Position numbers and translations under genes: made by a program. Under the pieces are notes generated by a model. That model saw only the letters and a list, made by a program, of their open reading frames with translations. It was not told where the DNA came from and did no database searches. A stretch of 64,000 bases of DNA, taken from assembly GCF_046105845.1 (NCBI RefSeq), contig NZ_CP151004.1; one strand, written 5' to 3'. This document shows, piece after piece, positions 24,258 through 37,373 of the stretch (its first letter is position 1; each line of letters begins with the position of its first letter). This DNA is from Escherichia coli. GTDB taxonomy: Bacteria > Pseudomonadota > Gammaproteobacteria > Enterobacterales > Enterobacteriaceae.

Positions 24258-25769
24258 ATGTTCACGGCAACAGAGGCAGTCCCGGTAGCAAAAGTGGTGG
24301 CAGGAAATAAGCGTTATCCCGGCGTCGTTGCGTTGGATAACGTTAACTTCACGCTCAATAAAGGCGAAGTTCGTGCGCTGTTAGGCAAAAACGGCGCGGG
24401 CAAATCGACCCTCATTCGAATGCTTACCGGCAGTGAACGTCCGGATAGCGGTGATATCTGGATTGGCGAGACGCGACTGGAAGGTGACGAAGCTACGTTG
24501 ACTCGCCGTGCCGCTGAACTGGGGGTTCGTGCGGTTTATCAGGAGTTAAGTCTGGTGGAGGGATTGACGGTGGCGGAAAACCTCTGCCTCGGTCAGTGGC
24601 CCCGCCGCAACGGCATGATTGATTACCTGCAAATGGCGCAGGATGCCCAACGTTGCTTACAGGCGCTGGGCGTTGACGTTAGCCCTGAACAACTTGTTTC
24701 AACGCTAAGCCCGGCGCAAAAGCAACTGGTGGAAATTGCGCGGGTGATGAAGGGCGAGCCGCGCGTGGTCATTCTTGATGAACCTACCAGTTCGCTTGCC
24801 AGTGCGGAAGTTGAACTGGTGATCAGCGCGGTTAAAAAGATGTCGGCACTGGGCGTGGCGGTGATTTATGTCAGCCACCGGATGGAAGAAATTCGCCGCA
24901 TTGCCTCCTGTGCCACCGTTATGCGCGATGGTCAGGTGGCGGGCGATGTGATGCTCGAAAACACCTCCACGCATCATATTGTGTCGCTAATGCTCGGGCG
25001 CGATCACGTTGATATTGCGCCGGTTTCCCCTCAGGAAATTGTCGATCAGGCCGTGCTGGAAGTCCGTGCGTTACGCCATAAGCCCAAGCTGGAGGATATC
25101 AGCTTTACGCTCCGTCGTGGCGAAGTACTCGGCATTGCTGGCCTGCTGGGGGCAGGGCGCAGTGAATTGTTGAAAGCCATAGTTGGGCTGGAGACGTATG
25201 AACAGGGCGAAATTGTTATCAACGGCGAGAAAATCACGCGCCCCGATTACGGCGACATGCTGAAACGCGGCATTGGCTATACGCCAGAAAACCGCAAAGA
25301 AGCGGGGATCATTCCCTGGCTGGGCGTTGACGAAAATACAGTGCTGACCAATCGGCAAAAAATCAGCGCCAACGGTGTGCTGCAATGGTCCACCATCCGC
25401 CGCCTGACCGAAGAGGTGATGCAGCGGATGACGGTCAAGGCCGCCAGTAGCGAAACGCCCATCGGCACGCTTTCTGGCGGCAATCAGCAAAAAGTGGTGA
25501 TCGGTCGTTGGGTCTATGCCGCCAGCCAGATTTTGTTGCTCGACGAGCCAACGCGTGGCGTCGATATCGAAGCCAAACAGCAGATTTACCGTATTGTCCG
25601 CGAGCTGGCTGCCGAAGGAAAAAGCGTGGTGTTTATCTCCAGTGAAGTGGAGGAGTTGCCGCTGGTGTGCGACCGCATTCTGTTGTTACAGCACGGTACG
25701 TTCTCGCAGGAGTTTCACGCTCCGGTCAATGTGGATGAGCTGATGTCCGCCATTCTGTCTGTGCACTGA
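24258..25769 (+). CDS. yphE: ABC transporter ATP-binding protein with duplicated nucleotide-binding domains (sugar importer type)
   Basis: Walker A GKNGAGKST, signature LSGGNQQKV and a second nucleotide-binding domain; 503 aa. Confidence 0.9.
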   Translation: MFTATEAVPVAKVVAGNKRYPGVVALDNVNFTLNKGEVRALLGKNGAGKSTLIRMLTGSERPDSGDIWIGETRLEGDEATLTRRAAELGVRAVYQELSLVEGLTVAENLCLGQWPRRNGMIDYLQMAQDAQRCLQALGVDVSPEQLVSTLSPAQKQLVEIARVMKGEPRVVILDEPTSSLASAEVELVISAVKKMSALGVAVIYVSHRMEEIRRIASCATVMRDGQVAGDVMLENTSTHHIVSLMLGRDHVDIAPVSPQEIVDQAVLEVRALRHKPKLEDISFTLRRGEVLGIAGLLGAGRSELLKAIVGLETYEQGEIVINGEKITRPDYGDMLKRGIGYTPENRKEAGIIPWLGVDENTVLTNRQKISANGVLQWSTIRRLTEEVMQRMTVKAASSETPIGTLSGGNQQKVVIGRWVYAASQILLLDEPTRGVDIEAKQQIYRIVRELAAEGKSVVFISSEVEELPLVCDRILLLQHGTFSQEFHAPVNVDELMSAILSVH

Positions 25770-25792
25770 TGAATTTTACCGAGGAACCTAAG

Positions 25793-26791
25793 ATGTCTGC
25801 TTCGTCATTACCATTGCCGCAGGGCAAGAGCGTCTCGCTCAAACAATTTGTCAGTCGCCATATTAATGAGATCGGTTTGCTGGTGGTGATCGCCATTCTT
25901 TATCTGGTCTTCTCCCTGAACGCGCCTGGCTTTATCTCATTGAATAACCAGATGAACGTGCTGCGCGATGCCGCCACCATCGGGATCGCCGCATGGGCGA
26001 TGACGCTGATTATTATCTCCGGTGAAATTGATGTCAGCGTTGGGCCGATGGTGGCTTTTGTCTCGGTGTGCCTGGCATTTTTGCTGCAATTTGAAGTTCC
26101 GCTGGCGGTGGCGTGTCTGCTGGTGTTGCTGTTAGGCGCGCTGATGGGAACGCTCGCCGGGGTGCTGCGCGGCGTGTTTAACGTGCCAAGTTTTGTTGCC
26201 ACGCTGGGTTTATGGAGCGCCCTGCGCGGAATGGGGCTGTTTATGACCAACGCCTTGCCAGTGCCGATTGATGAAAACGAAGTGCTGGACTGGCTGGGGG
26301 GACAATTTCTCGGTGTGCCGGTATCCGCGCTGATCATGATGGTGTTGTTTGCGCTGTTTGTGTTCATCAGCCGCAAAACCGCCTTCGGGCGCTCGGTTTT
26401 TGCCGTTGGCGGTAATGCCACGGCGGCGCAGTTGTGCGGTATTAACGTTCGTCGGGTACGCATTCTTATCTTTACCCTTTCGGGATTATTAGCGGCGGTG
26501 ACCGGCATTTTGTTGGCGGCGCGCCTCGGTTCCGGTAACGCAGGTGCCGCAAACGGTCTGGAGTTTGACGTCATCGCCGCGGTCGTGGTTGGCGGTACGG
26601 CGCTTTCCGGTGGTCGCGGCTCGTTGTTCGGTACGCTGCTTGGCGTACTGGTGATTACGCTAATCGGTAACGGTCTGGTGCTGCTCGGGATTAACTCCTT
26701 TTTCCAGCAGGTGGTGCGCGGCGTCATCATCGTGGTGGCGGTGCTGGCGAATATCTTGCTGACTCAGCGAAGCAGTAAAGCGAAACGCTAA
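25793..26791 (+). CDS. yphD: ABC transporter permease (RbsC-like, multiple transmembrane helices)
   Basis: Hydrophobic polytopic protein; start at ATG 25793 (MSASSLPL...; GAGGAA 8 nt upstream) giving 332 aa; the alternative start at 25769 overlaps the yphE stop. Confidence 0.82.
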   Translation: MSASSLPLPQGKSVSLKQFVSRHINEIGLLVVIAILYLVFSLNAPGFISLNNQMNVLRDAATIGIAAWAMTLIIISGEIDVSVGPMVAFVSVCLAFLLQFEVPLAVACLLVLLLGALMGTLAGVLRGVFNVPSFVATLGLWSALRGMGLFMTNALPVPIDENEVLDWLGGQFLGVPVSALIMMVLFALFVFISRKTAFGRSVFAVGGNATAAQLCGINVRRVRILIFTLSGLLAAVTGILLAARLGSGNAGAANGLEFDVIAAVVVGGTALSGGRGSLFGTLLGVLVITLIGNGLVLLGINSFFQQVVRGVIIVVAVLANILLTQRSSKAKR

Positions 26792-26856
26792 ACCTAAACG
26801 CCCCTGGCGCGGGTGCGGCAGGGATGAAAATTAATCGTATTGTTAATGAGGGATTT

Positions 26857-27918
26857 ATGAAAACGATGCTGGCAGCTTATTTACCAGGAAATTCGACCGT
26901 CGATCTGCGGGAAGTTGCGGTGCCGACGCCGGGGATTAACCAGGTACTGATCAAAATGAAATCATCCGGAATTTGCGGAAGCGATGTCCACTATATCTAC
27001 CACCAGCACCGTGCTACGGCGGCGGCACCCGATAAACCGTTATACCAGGGATTTATCAACGGTCATGAACCGTGCGGGCAAATTGTGGCGATGGGGCAAG
27101 GCTGCCGCCATTTTAAAGAGGGCGACCGTGTGCTGGTGTATCATATTTCTGGCTGTGGTTTTTGCCCGAACTGCCGCCGCGGCTTTCCTATCTCTTGTAC
27201 TGGCAAAGGAAAAGCGGCTTACGGCTGGCAGCGTGACGGCGGTCATGCCGAATATCTGCTGGCGGAAGAAAAAGATCTGATCCTCCTGCCGGATGCGCTG
27301 AGCTACGAAGATGGTGCGTTTATCAGTTGCGGCGTTGGCACGGCCTATGAAGGGATTTTGCGCGGCGAAGTTTCCGGCAGCGATAACGTGCTGGTGGTCG
27401 GTCTGGGGCCGGTCGGCATGATGGCGATGATGCTGGCGAAAGGTCGCGGTGCAAAACGGATCATCGGCGTTGATATGCTGCCGGAACGTCTGGCGATGGC
27501 AAAACAGTTAGGGGTGATGGATCACGGCTATTTAGCAACGACCGAAGGTCTGTCGCAGATTATCGCCGAACTCACCCACGGCGGCGCGGATGTTGCGCTC
27601 GATTGTTCCGGTAATGCCGCAGGTCGCTTGCTGGCACTGCAATCCACTGCTGACTGGGGACGGGTGGTTTACATCGGGGAAACCGGAAAAGTGGAATTCG
27701 AGGTTAGCGCTGATCTGATGCATCATCAACGGCGGATTATTGGCTCCTGGGTGACCAGTCTATTCCATATGGAAAAATGCGCCCACGATTTAACGGACTG
27801 GAAACTGTGGCCGCGTAATGCCATTACCCATCGCTTCTCACTGGAACAGGCAGGAGATGCCTATGCGCTGATGGCGAGCGGTAAATGCGGGAAAGTTGTG
27901 ATTAACTTCCCGGATTAA
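26857..27918 (+). CDS. yphC: Zinc-dependent alcohol/polyol dehydrogenase (MDR family)
   Basis: GHEPCGQIV catalytic-zinc motif, a CGFCPNCRRGFPISC structural-zinc cysteine cluster and a GLGPVGMMAM Rossmann motif; internal start with GAGGG ribosome-binding site (353 aa). Confidence 0.85.
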   Translation: MKTMLAAYLPGNSTVDLREVAVPTPGINQVLIKMKSSGICGSDVHYIYHQHRATAAAPDKPLYQGFINGHEPCGQIVAMGQGCRHFKEGDRVLVYHISGCGFCPNCRRGFPISCTGKGKAAYGWQRDGGHAEYLLAEEKDLILLPDALSYEDGAFISCGVGTAYEGILRGEVSGSDNVLVVGLGPVGMMAMMLAKGRGAKRIIGVDMLPERLAMAKQLGVMDHGYLATTEGLSQIIAELTHGGADVALDCSGNAAGRLLALQSTADWGRVVYIGETGKVEFEVSADLMHHQRRIIGSWVTSLFHMEKCAHDLTDWKLWPRNAITHRFSLEQAGDAYALMASGKCGKVVINFPD

Positions 27919-27929
27919 GGAGTCAGCGG

Positions 27930-28802
27930 ATGACCATCTATACCTTATCTCACGGGCCGCTAAAGCTGGACGTTTCTGACCGGGGCGGCGTCATCGAAGG
28001 CTTCTGGCGTGACGCGACGCCGCTCTTACGTCCCGGTAAAAAAAGCGGTGTGGCAACCGATGCCTCTTGTTTTCCGCTGGTGCCGTTTGCAAACCGGGTG
28101 AGCGGCAATCGTTTTGTCTGGCAGGGGCGTGAGTATCAACTGCAACCGAATGTTGAGTGGGATGCGCACTATCTGCACGGCGACGGCTGGCTGGGGCAGT
28201 GGCAATGTGTCTCGCGCAGCGAAGATAGCTTGTGTCTGGTGTATGAACATCGCAGCGGTGTTTATCACTATCGGGTAAGTCAGGCGTTTCATTTAACGGC
28301 AGATACGCTGACGGTGACGCTCTCTGTCACCAATCAAGGGGCAGAGACGCTGCCATTTGGTACCGGCTGGCATCCTTATTTTCCGTTGTCACCACAAACG
28401 CGGATTCAGGCGCAGGCGAGCGGTTACTGGCTGGAGCGGGAGCAGTGGCTGGCGGGTGAGTTTTGCGAGCAGCTACCGCAAGAGCTGGATTTCAACCAGC
28501 TCGCGCCGTTGCCGTGCCAGTGGGTAAACAATGGCTTTGCCGGATGGAATGGTCAGGCCCGCATCGAGCAGCCGCAGGAGGGTTATGCCATCATCATGGA
28601 AACGACGCCACCTGCACCATGTTATTTCATCTTTGTTTCCGACCCGGCGTTTGATAAAGGATATGCGTTTGATTTCTTCTGTCTGGAACCGATGAGCCAT
28701 GCGCCGGATGACCATCATCGCCCGGAAGGGGGTGATCTCATTGCGCTTGCACCAGGGGAATCAACAACTTCAGAGATGTCGTTGCGGGTTGCGTTACTGT
28801 AA
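27930..28802 (+). CDS. yphB: Aldose 1-epimerase-family protein
   Basis: 290-aa ORF MTIYTLSHGPLKLDVSDRGGVIEGFWRDATPLL... of mutarotase-like length; assignment by recollection of YphB. Confidence 0.85.
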   Translation: MTIYTLSHGPLKLDVSDRGGVIEGFWRDATPLLRPGKKSGVATDASCFPLVPFANRVSGNRFVWQGREYQLQPNVEWDAHYLHGDGWLGQWQCVSRSEDSLCLVYEHRSGVYHYRVSQAFHLTADTLTVTLSVTNQGAETLPFGTGWHPYFPLSPQTRIQAQASGYWLEREQWLAGEFCEQLPQELDFNQLAPLPCQWVNNGFAGWNGQARIEQPQEGYAIIMETTPPAPCYFIFVSDPAFDKGYAFDFFCLEPMSHAPDDHHRPEGGDLIALAPGESTTSEMSLRVALL

Positions 28803-28811
28803 TTTATAAAA

Positions 28812-28845
28812 TGCCGGATAAGGCGTTCACGCCGCATCCGGCATC
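28812..28845. repeat. REP (repetitive extragenic palindrome) element
   Basis: gccggataaggcgttcacgccgcatccggc: classic REP palindrome between the convergent yphB and yphA. Confidence 0.55.
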
Positions 28846-28849
28846 TTTC

Positions 28850-29272
28850 CTAACGCCGATCGAGAGAAATTGCCCCCGGCCCGGTAATTGCCAACAGCAG
28901 GAATGCGCCAGCGATACTGACATTCTTCCAGAAATTAATCATATTTGGCCCAATCGCATCGCCGGTCATATCCCAGTAATGGTGACCAATTACCGCTGTA
29001 CCCAGCGTGTAGAAAATAAACAGCACCGCCAGCGGACGGGTGAAAAAGCCAAGCACGATTAATATCGCGGCGGGCACTTCCATAACTACCGCAATAATAG
29101 CTGCCAGCATCGGCATCGGCGCGCCCAGCGAGGCCATATATTGGACCGTACCGTCAAAGCCCATCATTTTGGGAAAACCAAAAATAATGAAAATTAAGAT
29201 GACGGCGATACGGGCAATTAATAACAAAACGGGGCGGGCAGCACCAAAATCAAAATAACGTAGTGAGTTCAT
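28850..29272 (-). CDS. yphA: DoxX-family inner membrane protein
   Basis: [41 protein letters not shown]...; four hydrophobic segments; internal start giving 140 aa. Confidence 0.85.
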   Translation of the reverse strand: MNSLRYFDFGAARPVLLLIARIAVILIFIIFGFPKMMGFDGTVQYMASLGAPMPMLAAIIAVVMEVPAAILIVLGFFTRPLAVLFIFYTLGTAVIGHHYWDMTGDAIGPNMINFWKNVSIAGAFLLLAITGPGAISLDRR

Positions 29273-29368
29273 AACCAATCCCTTTGCAAGATAATGTGAT
29301 TTAAACGTAATACACACTCTGGTACCTCGCCACGCCCCAGGCGTTGAGATATTCGCTAATTATCCTGG

Positions 29369-30580
<1,212 letters not shown>

Positions 30581-31393
30581 TTAAAGATCCAGCCCAGCCG
30601 CTACGTGGCGAATGCCGCGAATCGCTAAACCCGCATCAGCGTTGATCATCACACCGCTTAATGCGCGATTATTGCGCCGCGATGCCAACATCACATACGG
30701 ACCCGTAAAATCCGCCGGTTGCGGGAAAAATTGCAGCGGTAAAATGGCGGCAATTTTCTCCGGCGTCAGAGACTGCATTATCGAGGTTTCACTTTGCCCG
30801 AGCGCCTGTGGGCCGCGCAGGTCGCTGGCCATACCACACGGGCCGACGCCATTCACCCGCACTTTCGGTGCCAATTCATAAGCCAGTTGGCGAATAAGTC
30901 CGGTTGCGGCATGTTTACTGGCGGTGTACAGCGGGCCACCGCCGCCGGGATACCAGGCGGCATTTGACAGTGTGAAAATCATGCTGCCTTCACTGGCGAT
31001 TAACGCCGGAGCGCAGGCTTTTGCGCCCAGCAGGTAACCGAGTACGTTGACATTAAACAGCTCGTGGAAGCCGGTTTCGAGCGTCTCTGCGGGAGTGTTA
31101 ACCAGTGAGGCATTGTGATCCCAGATGCCCGCATTGCCGATAAAACAATCCAGCTTGCCAGAACGAGTCAGGATCTGATCGACCGCGCGTTGATAATCGG
31201 CATAGCAGGTCACGTTACCTTCCACCGCCAGAATATGTTCGCCAAATCGCTGACGCAGACTGGCGACTTTTGCCGCCGACAGTTCCAGCGTGGCAACCTG
31301 CGCGCCTTCTTCGATAAATCGCTCGACCAGCGCCAGGCCTAACCCCGATCCGCCGCCGGTAATAAAGATGGACTCGTTATGCAGATCGCTCAT
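30581..31393 (-). CDS. hcaB: 2,3-dihydroxy-2,3-dihydrophenylpropionate dehydrogenase (SDR family)
   Basis: [26 protein letters not shown]...; the SDR catalytic motif YTASKHA is present. Confidence 0.92.
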
Positions 31394-31709
31394 GGCTGCG
31401 CCTCCGGTAAGTCGATGAAGATGTCACCACCTTCAACGTGTACTGGATAAGTGGTTAGCGGATCGGTGGCGGGCAGGCATAATGCTTTCCCCGTTTTCAG
31501 GCAAAAACTGGCGGCGTGCAGCGGGCACTCCACCGTGGCGTCATCTTCCAGATACCCTTCTGACATCGACGCATTACCATGGCTGCAACGATCGTTAATG
31601 GCATAAAACTCGCCGCCCACGTTGAACAAGGCGATGACGGGCGAGGTATCGATCCGGAGAGCCTCACCCTCCGGCACATCCGCAACGGGACACGCATAAA
31701 TTCGATTCA

Positions 31710-31710
<1 letters not shown>
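31390..31710 (-). CDS. hcaC: Rieske-type ferredoxin of 3-phenylpropionate dioxygenase
   Basis: 106 aa with Rieske motifs [11 protein letters not shown] ... CPLHAASF. Confidence 0.92.
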
Positions 31711-33622
<1,912 letters not shown>

Positions 33623-33721
33623 CTATTTTTGTGCCATAAGGATGTTGCTGGTTGGTTGCTGATATGTGAAATAGTTAATTTCTACCAGCTGAGACGTTTT
33701 TTCGATAACAAGGGGAAGGTG

Positions 33722-34612
33722 ATGGAACTACGGCATTTACGCTATTTCGTCGCAGTGGCGCAGGCACTGAACTTTACCCGTGCGGCGGAAAAACTGCATA
33801 CCTCACAGCCTTCGTTAAGCAGCCAGATCCGCGATCTTGAAAACTGTGTCGGTGTTCCGTTACTGGTGAGGGATAAGCGCAAAGTCGCGTTGACGGCGGC
33901 GGGAGAATGTTTTCTCCAGGACGCGCTGGCAATCCTCGAACAAGCGGAAAATGCCAAATTACGGGCGCGGAAAATTGTTCAGGAAGACAGACAATTAACC
34001 ATTGGCTTTGTGCCATCGGCGGAAGTGAATTTACTGCCAAAAGTATTACCGATGTTTCGTCTCAGACAGCCAGATACCTTAATTGAGCTGGTGAGTTTAA
34101 TCACCACGGAACAGGAAGAAAAAATTCGCCGTGGTGAACTCGACGTCGGCTTAATGCGCCATCCTGTTTATAGCCCGGAGATTGATTATCTGGAGCTTTT
34201 TGACGAACCATTAGTGGTGGTGTTACCGGTTGATCACCCTTTAGCACATGAAAAAGAGATCACTGCCGCGCAACTGGATGGCGTGAATTTCGTCAGTACT
34301 GATCCAGCGTATTCCGGTTCGCTTGCGCCGATCGTTAAAGCGTGGTTTGCGCAAGAAAACAGCCAGCCAAATATCGTCCAGGTGGCAACGAATATTCTGG
34401 TGACCATGAATCTGGTGGGGATGGGGCTGGGCGTCACTTTGATACCCGGTTATATGAATAATTTTAATACCGGCCAGGTGGTATTTCGACCCATTGCCGG
34501 AAATGTGCCTTCCATTGCTTTACTGATGGCGTGGAAGAAAGGGGAGATGAAGCCGGCATTACGCGATTTCATCGCCATTGTGCAGGAACGTTTGGCAAGC
34601 GTAACGGCATAA
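33722..34612 (+). CDS. hcaR: LysR-type transcriptional activator of the hca operon
   Basis: MELRHLRYFVAVAQALNFTRAAEKLHTSQPSLSSQIRDLE (LysR HTH); internal start giving 296 aa; divergent from hcaE. Confidence 0.9.
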   Translation: MELRHLRYFVAVAQALNFTRAAEKLHTSQPSLSSQIRDLENCVGVPLLVRDKRKVALTAAGECFLQDALAILEQAENAKLRARKIVQEDRQLTIGFVPSAEVNLLPKVLPMFRLRQPDTLIELVSLITTEQEEKIRRGELDVGLMRHPVYSPEIDYLELFDEPLVVVLPVDHPLAHEKEITAAQLDGVNFVSTDPAYSGSLAPIVKAWFAQENSQPNIVQVATNILVTMNLVGMGLGVTLIPGYMNNFNTGQVVFRPIAGNVPSIALLMAWKKGEMKPALRDFIAIVQERLASVTA

Positions 34613-34771
34613 TTACGCATTATTTTTGCAAAACGCGTCGCGGATCGCAGTTTTTTAGTGCTTGTGAACTGGCGTTACAGACATCGGGAAGCAGGCTCGA
34701 ATATTCTTATTTTTCAACTTGCACCAACATTCGATTAACCCCAGACTAACGCCTCCTGACGGGAGGGACTC

Positions 34772-35911
34772 ATGGTTTTGCAATCCACGCGCTGGTTGGC
34801 GCTCGGCTATTTCACATACTTTTTTAGTTACGGCATTTTTCTACCTTTCTGGAGCGTCTGGCTTAAGGGGATTGGTTTAACGCCAGAAACCATCGGCCTG
34901 TTATTGGGGGCAGGTCTGGTTGCCCGTTTTCTCGGGAGCTTGCTCATCGCGCCCCGCGTCAGCGATCCTTCTCGCCTGATTTCCGCCTTGCGCGTGCTGG
35001 CACTGCTGACACTTCTCTTTGCTGTCGCCTTCTGGGCGGGGGCGCACGTAGCGTGGCTGATGCTGGTGATGATTGGCTTTAACCTCTTTTTCTCACCGCT
35101 GGTACCGTTGACCGATGCACTGGCGAATACGTGGCAAAAGCAGTTCCCGCTTGATTACGGCAAAGTGCGATTGTGGGGCTCGGTAGCGTTTGTCATTGGC
35201 TCGGCGCTGACGGGCAAACTGGTCAGTATGTTTGATTATCGGGTGATCCTCGCGCTGTTGACGTTGGGCGTGGCATCCATGCTGCTCGGCTTTCTCATCC
35301 GTCCGACGATTCAGCCACAAGGGGCAAGCCGCCAGCAGGAGAGCACCGGTTGGTCTGCGTGGTTGGCGTTGGTTCGCCAGAACTGGCGCTTTCTGGCCTG
35401 CGTTTGTTTATTGCAGGGGGCGCATGCGGCCTATTACGGTTTTAGCGCCATTTACTGGCAGGCTGCTGGCTATTCGGCCTCGGCGGTGGGCTATTTGTGG
35501 TCGCTGGGCGTGGTGGCGGAAGTCATTATCTTTGCGCTGAGTAATAAACTTTTCCGCCGTTGTAGTGCACGCGATATGCTGTTGATCTCAGCGATTTGCG
35601 GCGTAGTGCGCTGGGGCATTATGGGAGCAACTACGGCGTTGCCGTGGTTGATAGTGGTGCAAATTCTGCATTGTGGCACCTTCACGGTCTGCCACCTGGC
35701 CGCCATGCGCTATATTGCCGCTCGCCAGGGTAGCGAAGTCATCCGTTTACAGGCGGTTTACTCTGCCGTCGCGATGGGCGGCAGTATCGCTATCATGACC
35801 GTTTTCGCCGGTTTCCTGTATCAATATCTGGGCCACGGCGTGTTCTGGGTGATGGCGCTGGTGGCGCTTCCGGCAATGTTTTTGCGCCCGAAAGTTGTTC
35901 CCTCATGCTGA
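34772..35911 (+). CDS. hcaT: MFS transporter (probable 3-phenylpropionate transporter)
   Basis: 379-aa polytopic membrane protein MVLQSTRWLALGYFTYFFSYGIFLPFWSVWL... Confidence 0.9.
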   Translation: MVLQSTRWLALGYFTYFFSYGIFLPFWSVWLKGIGLTPETIGLLLGAGLVARFLGSLLIAPRVSDPSRLISALRVLALLTLLFAVAFWAGAHVAWLMLVMIGFNLFFSPLVPLTDALANTWQKQFPLDYGKVRLWGSVAFVIGSALTGKLVSMFDYRVILALLTLGVASMLLGFLIRPTIQPQGASRQQESTGWSAWLALVRQNWRFLACVCLLQGAHAAYYGFSAIYWQAAGYSASAVGYLWSLGVVAEVIIFALSNKLFRRCSARDMLLISAICGVVRWGIMGATTALPWLIVVQILHCGTFTVCHLAAMRYIAARQGSEVIRLQAVYSAVAMGGSIAIMTVFAGFLYQYLGHGVFWVMALVALPAMFLRPKVVPSC

Positions 35912-37183
35912 TTCGAGCATTTTGCGGATCTGCTCCTGTTGATGTGTTGTCAACGTCAGGTCCGTATAGATCAGCGGTGGTGAAAAGAGCGGTAACGGCA
36001 TGGTATAAGGAGCAATAATCAGTGCCGCGCTGCGCGGAGCGCCTGTCTGCAAAAATACCTTTACCGACATATGTTTAATGTTGAGCGGCAGTAACGTTAG
36101 TTCGCGTAGCTGCTGCTCAATCTGCGCTTCTCGCTCGCTATCATTCCCGGTCAGTAGAATAATCTGTTTCTTATGCAGGTCGTTTTCCTGCATTAGCCAG
36201 GCACCGAAAATCACCGCGACCAGACCGCTTTCCTCATCAGAAAGATGGACGCCGTATTCACTTTCAAATCCGGCCAGCGCCGCGCGGGTGGTGCGCACCA
36301 GGCGTGGATACAGGCGGGCGAACTCTTCCGGCAGGGTGTTATCAATACCGATGGCAAACAAACTGCGATTTAACGCCTGGGCGAGGTGGGTATAAAGCTG
36401 ATCGCATAACCCTTGTTCATCATAAAAACGAACATTTCCCAGCTCACGAAAGTGGTTTACCAGACGTTTGATAGACTGACGCAGTTGTCTGTCCCGCTGA
36501 TGCGCATCCCGCAGTGGATCGGGAACCCGCAACATGGAAAAAAGTAATGCCATAAACAGTGGCTCATCAGGCGGTACAGGCTGGAGCGCCCGACGCTGCC
36601 AGTGGCGTCCAATTTCCTGCGCTACCTGAAATTCAAGGCAGGATTCCGCCCAGCGACGTTGGAGCGGATTAAACTGAGGCGTAATTCCAGCGTGGTGTTG
36701 CAGCAAACAATATTGCAGATACAGACACAGGAAATGAATATCGCGTGTTTCAAAGCGTTTTTGCAGCCGTCGGGAGCAGAGATTCACTAACGCTTGTAGA
36801 TTGGTATCGTCGTAAAAGTTACGCGCAATTCCGCGCCGCTTCAGTTCACTCTTCAGGGCGGGGGTGAAATGGCTGGTAATAAATGACGGACAGAGACGGA
36901 AACCACGTCGTAGCCAGTGAAATAAACACAAACGTTGGTTAAGCACTGTACCTTCAACCCGGTAGCTACCGTCATAACCAGTAGTCAGTGTGAGTTGATG
37001 ATAGCGCAGGATCTCCCGTCCTGTTTCGCTGATATCAAGACTGGCAATATCATCATCCACACCATTAAGCTCGCTGAAAGTTGCCGTGGTGGCGGTCAAC
37101 CCCGGCTGAAAGAGCGTCAGCAAGATCTGGCAGCGGCGCTGGGGAGCCGAAAGGACAGATGGTGGAGCAAGCGTAGGCATCAT
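35903..37183 (-). CDS. csiE: Stationary-phase-inducible protein CsiE
   Basis: Start at the internal ATG (MMPTLAPPSVLSAPQRRCQILLTLFQPG...; 426 aa); 3' end overlaps hcaT by 9 bp (convergent). Confidence 0.85.
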   Translation of the reverse strand: MMPTLAPPSVLSAPQRRCQILLTLFQPGLTATTATFSELNGVDDDIASLDISETGREILRYHQLTLTTGYDGSYRVEGTVLNQRLCLFHWLRRGFRLCPSFITSHFTPALKSELKRRGIARNFYDDTNLQALVNLCSRRLQKRFETRDIHFLCLYLQYCLLQHHAGITPQFNPLQRRWAESCLEFQVAQEIGRHWQRRALQPVPPDEPLFMALLFSMLRVPDPLRDAHQRDRQLRQSIKRLVNHFRELGNVRFYDEQGLCDQLYTHLAQALNRSLFAIGIDNTLPEEFARLYPRLVRTTRAALAGFESEYGVHLSDEESGLVAVIFGAWLMQENDLHKKQIILLTGNDSEREAQIEQQLRELTLLPLNIKHMSVKVFLQTGAPRSAALIIAPYTMPLPLFSPPLIYTDLTLTTHQQEQIRKMLESA

Positions 37184-37373
37184 CTGTAGATCTCCCATAA
37201 GCATAATTGATAAGAATAGCTAAAGTTTGCTCAGGGAAATGGCGAAGGGAATGCTAATCATCAGAAATGTTGGCAAGCGTCACAGAATTTTTCTCATCTT
37301 AAACTGTTCTGACCAGTGGATTAGCATGTCTTAAGGTAGTTTTGTGAATGATTATCGTGCTAGCGATCATGGG

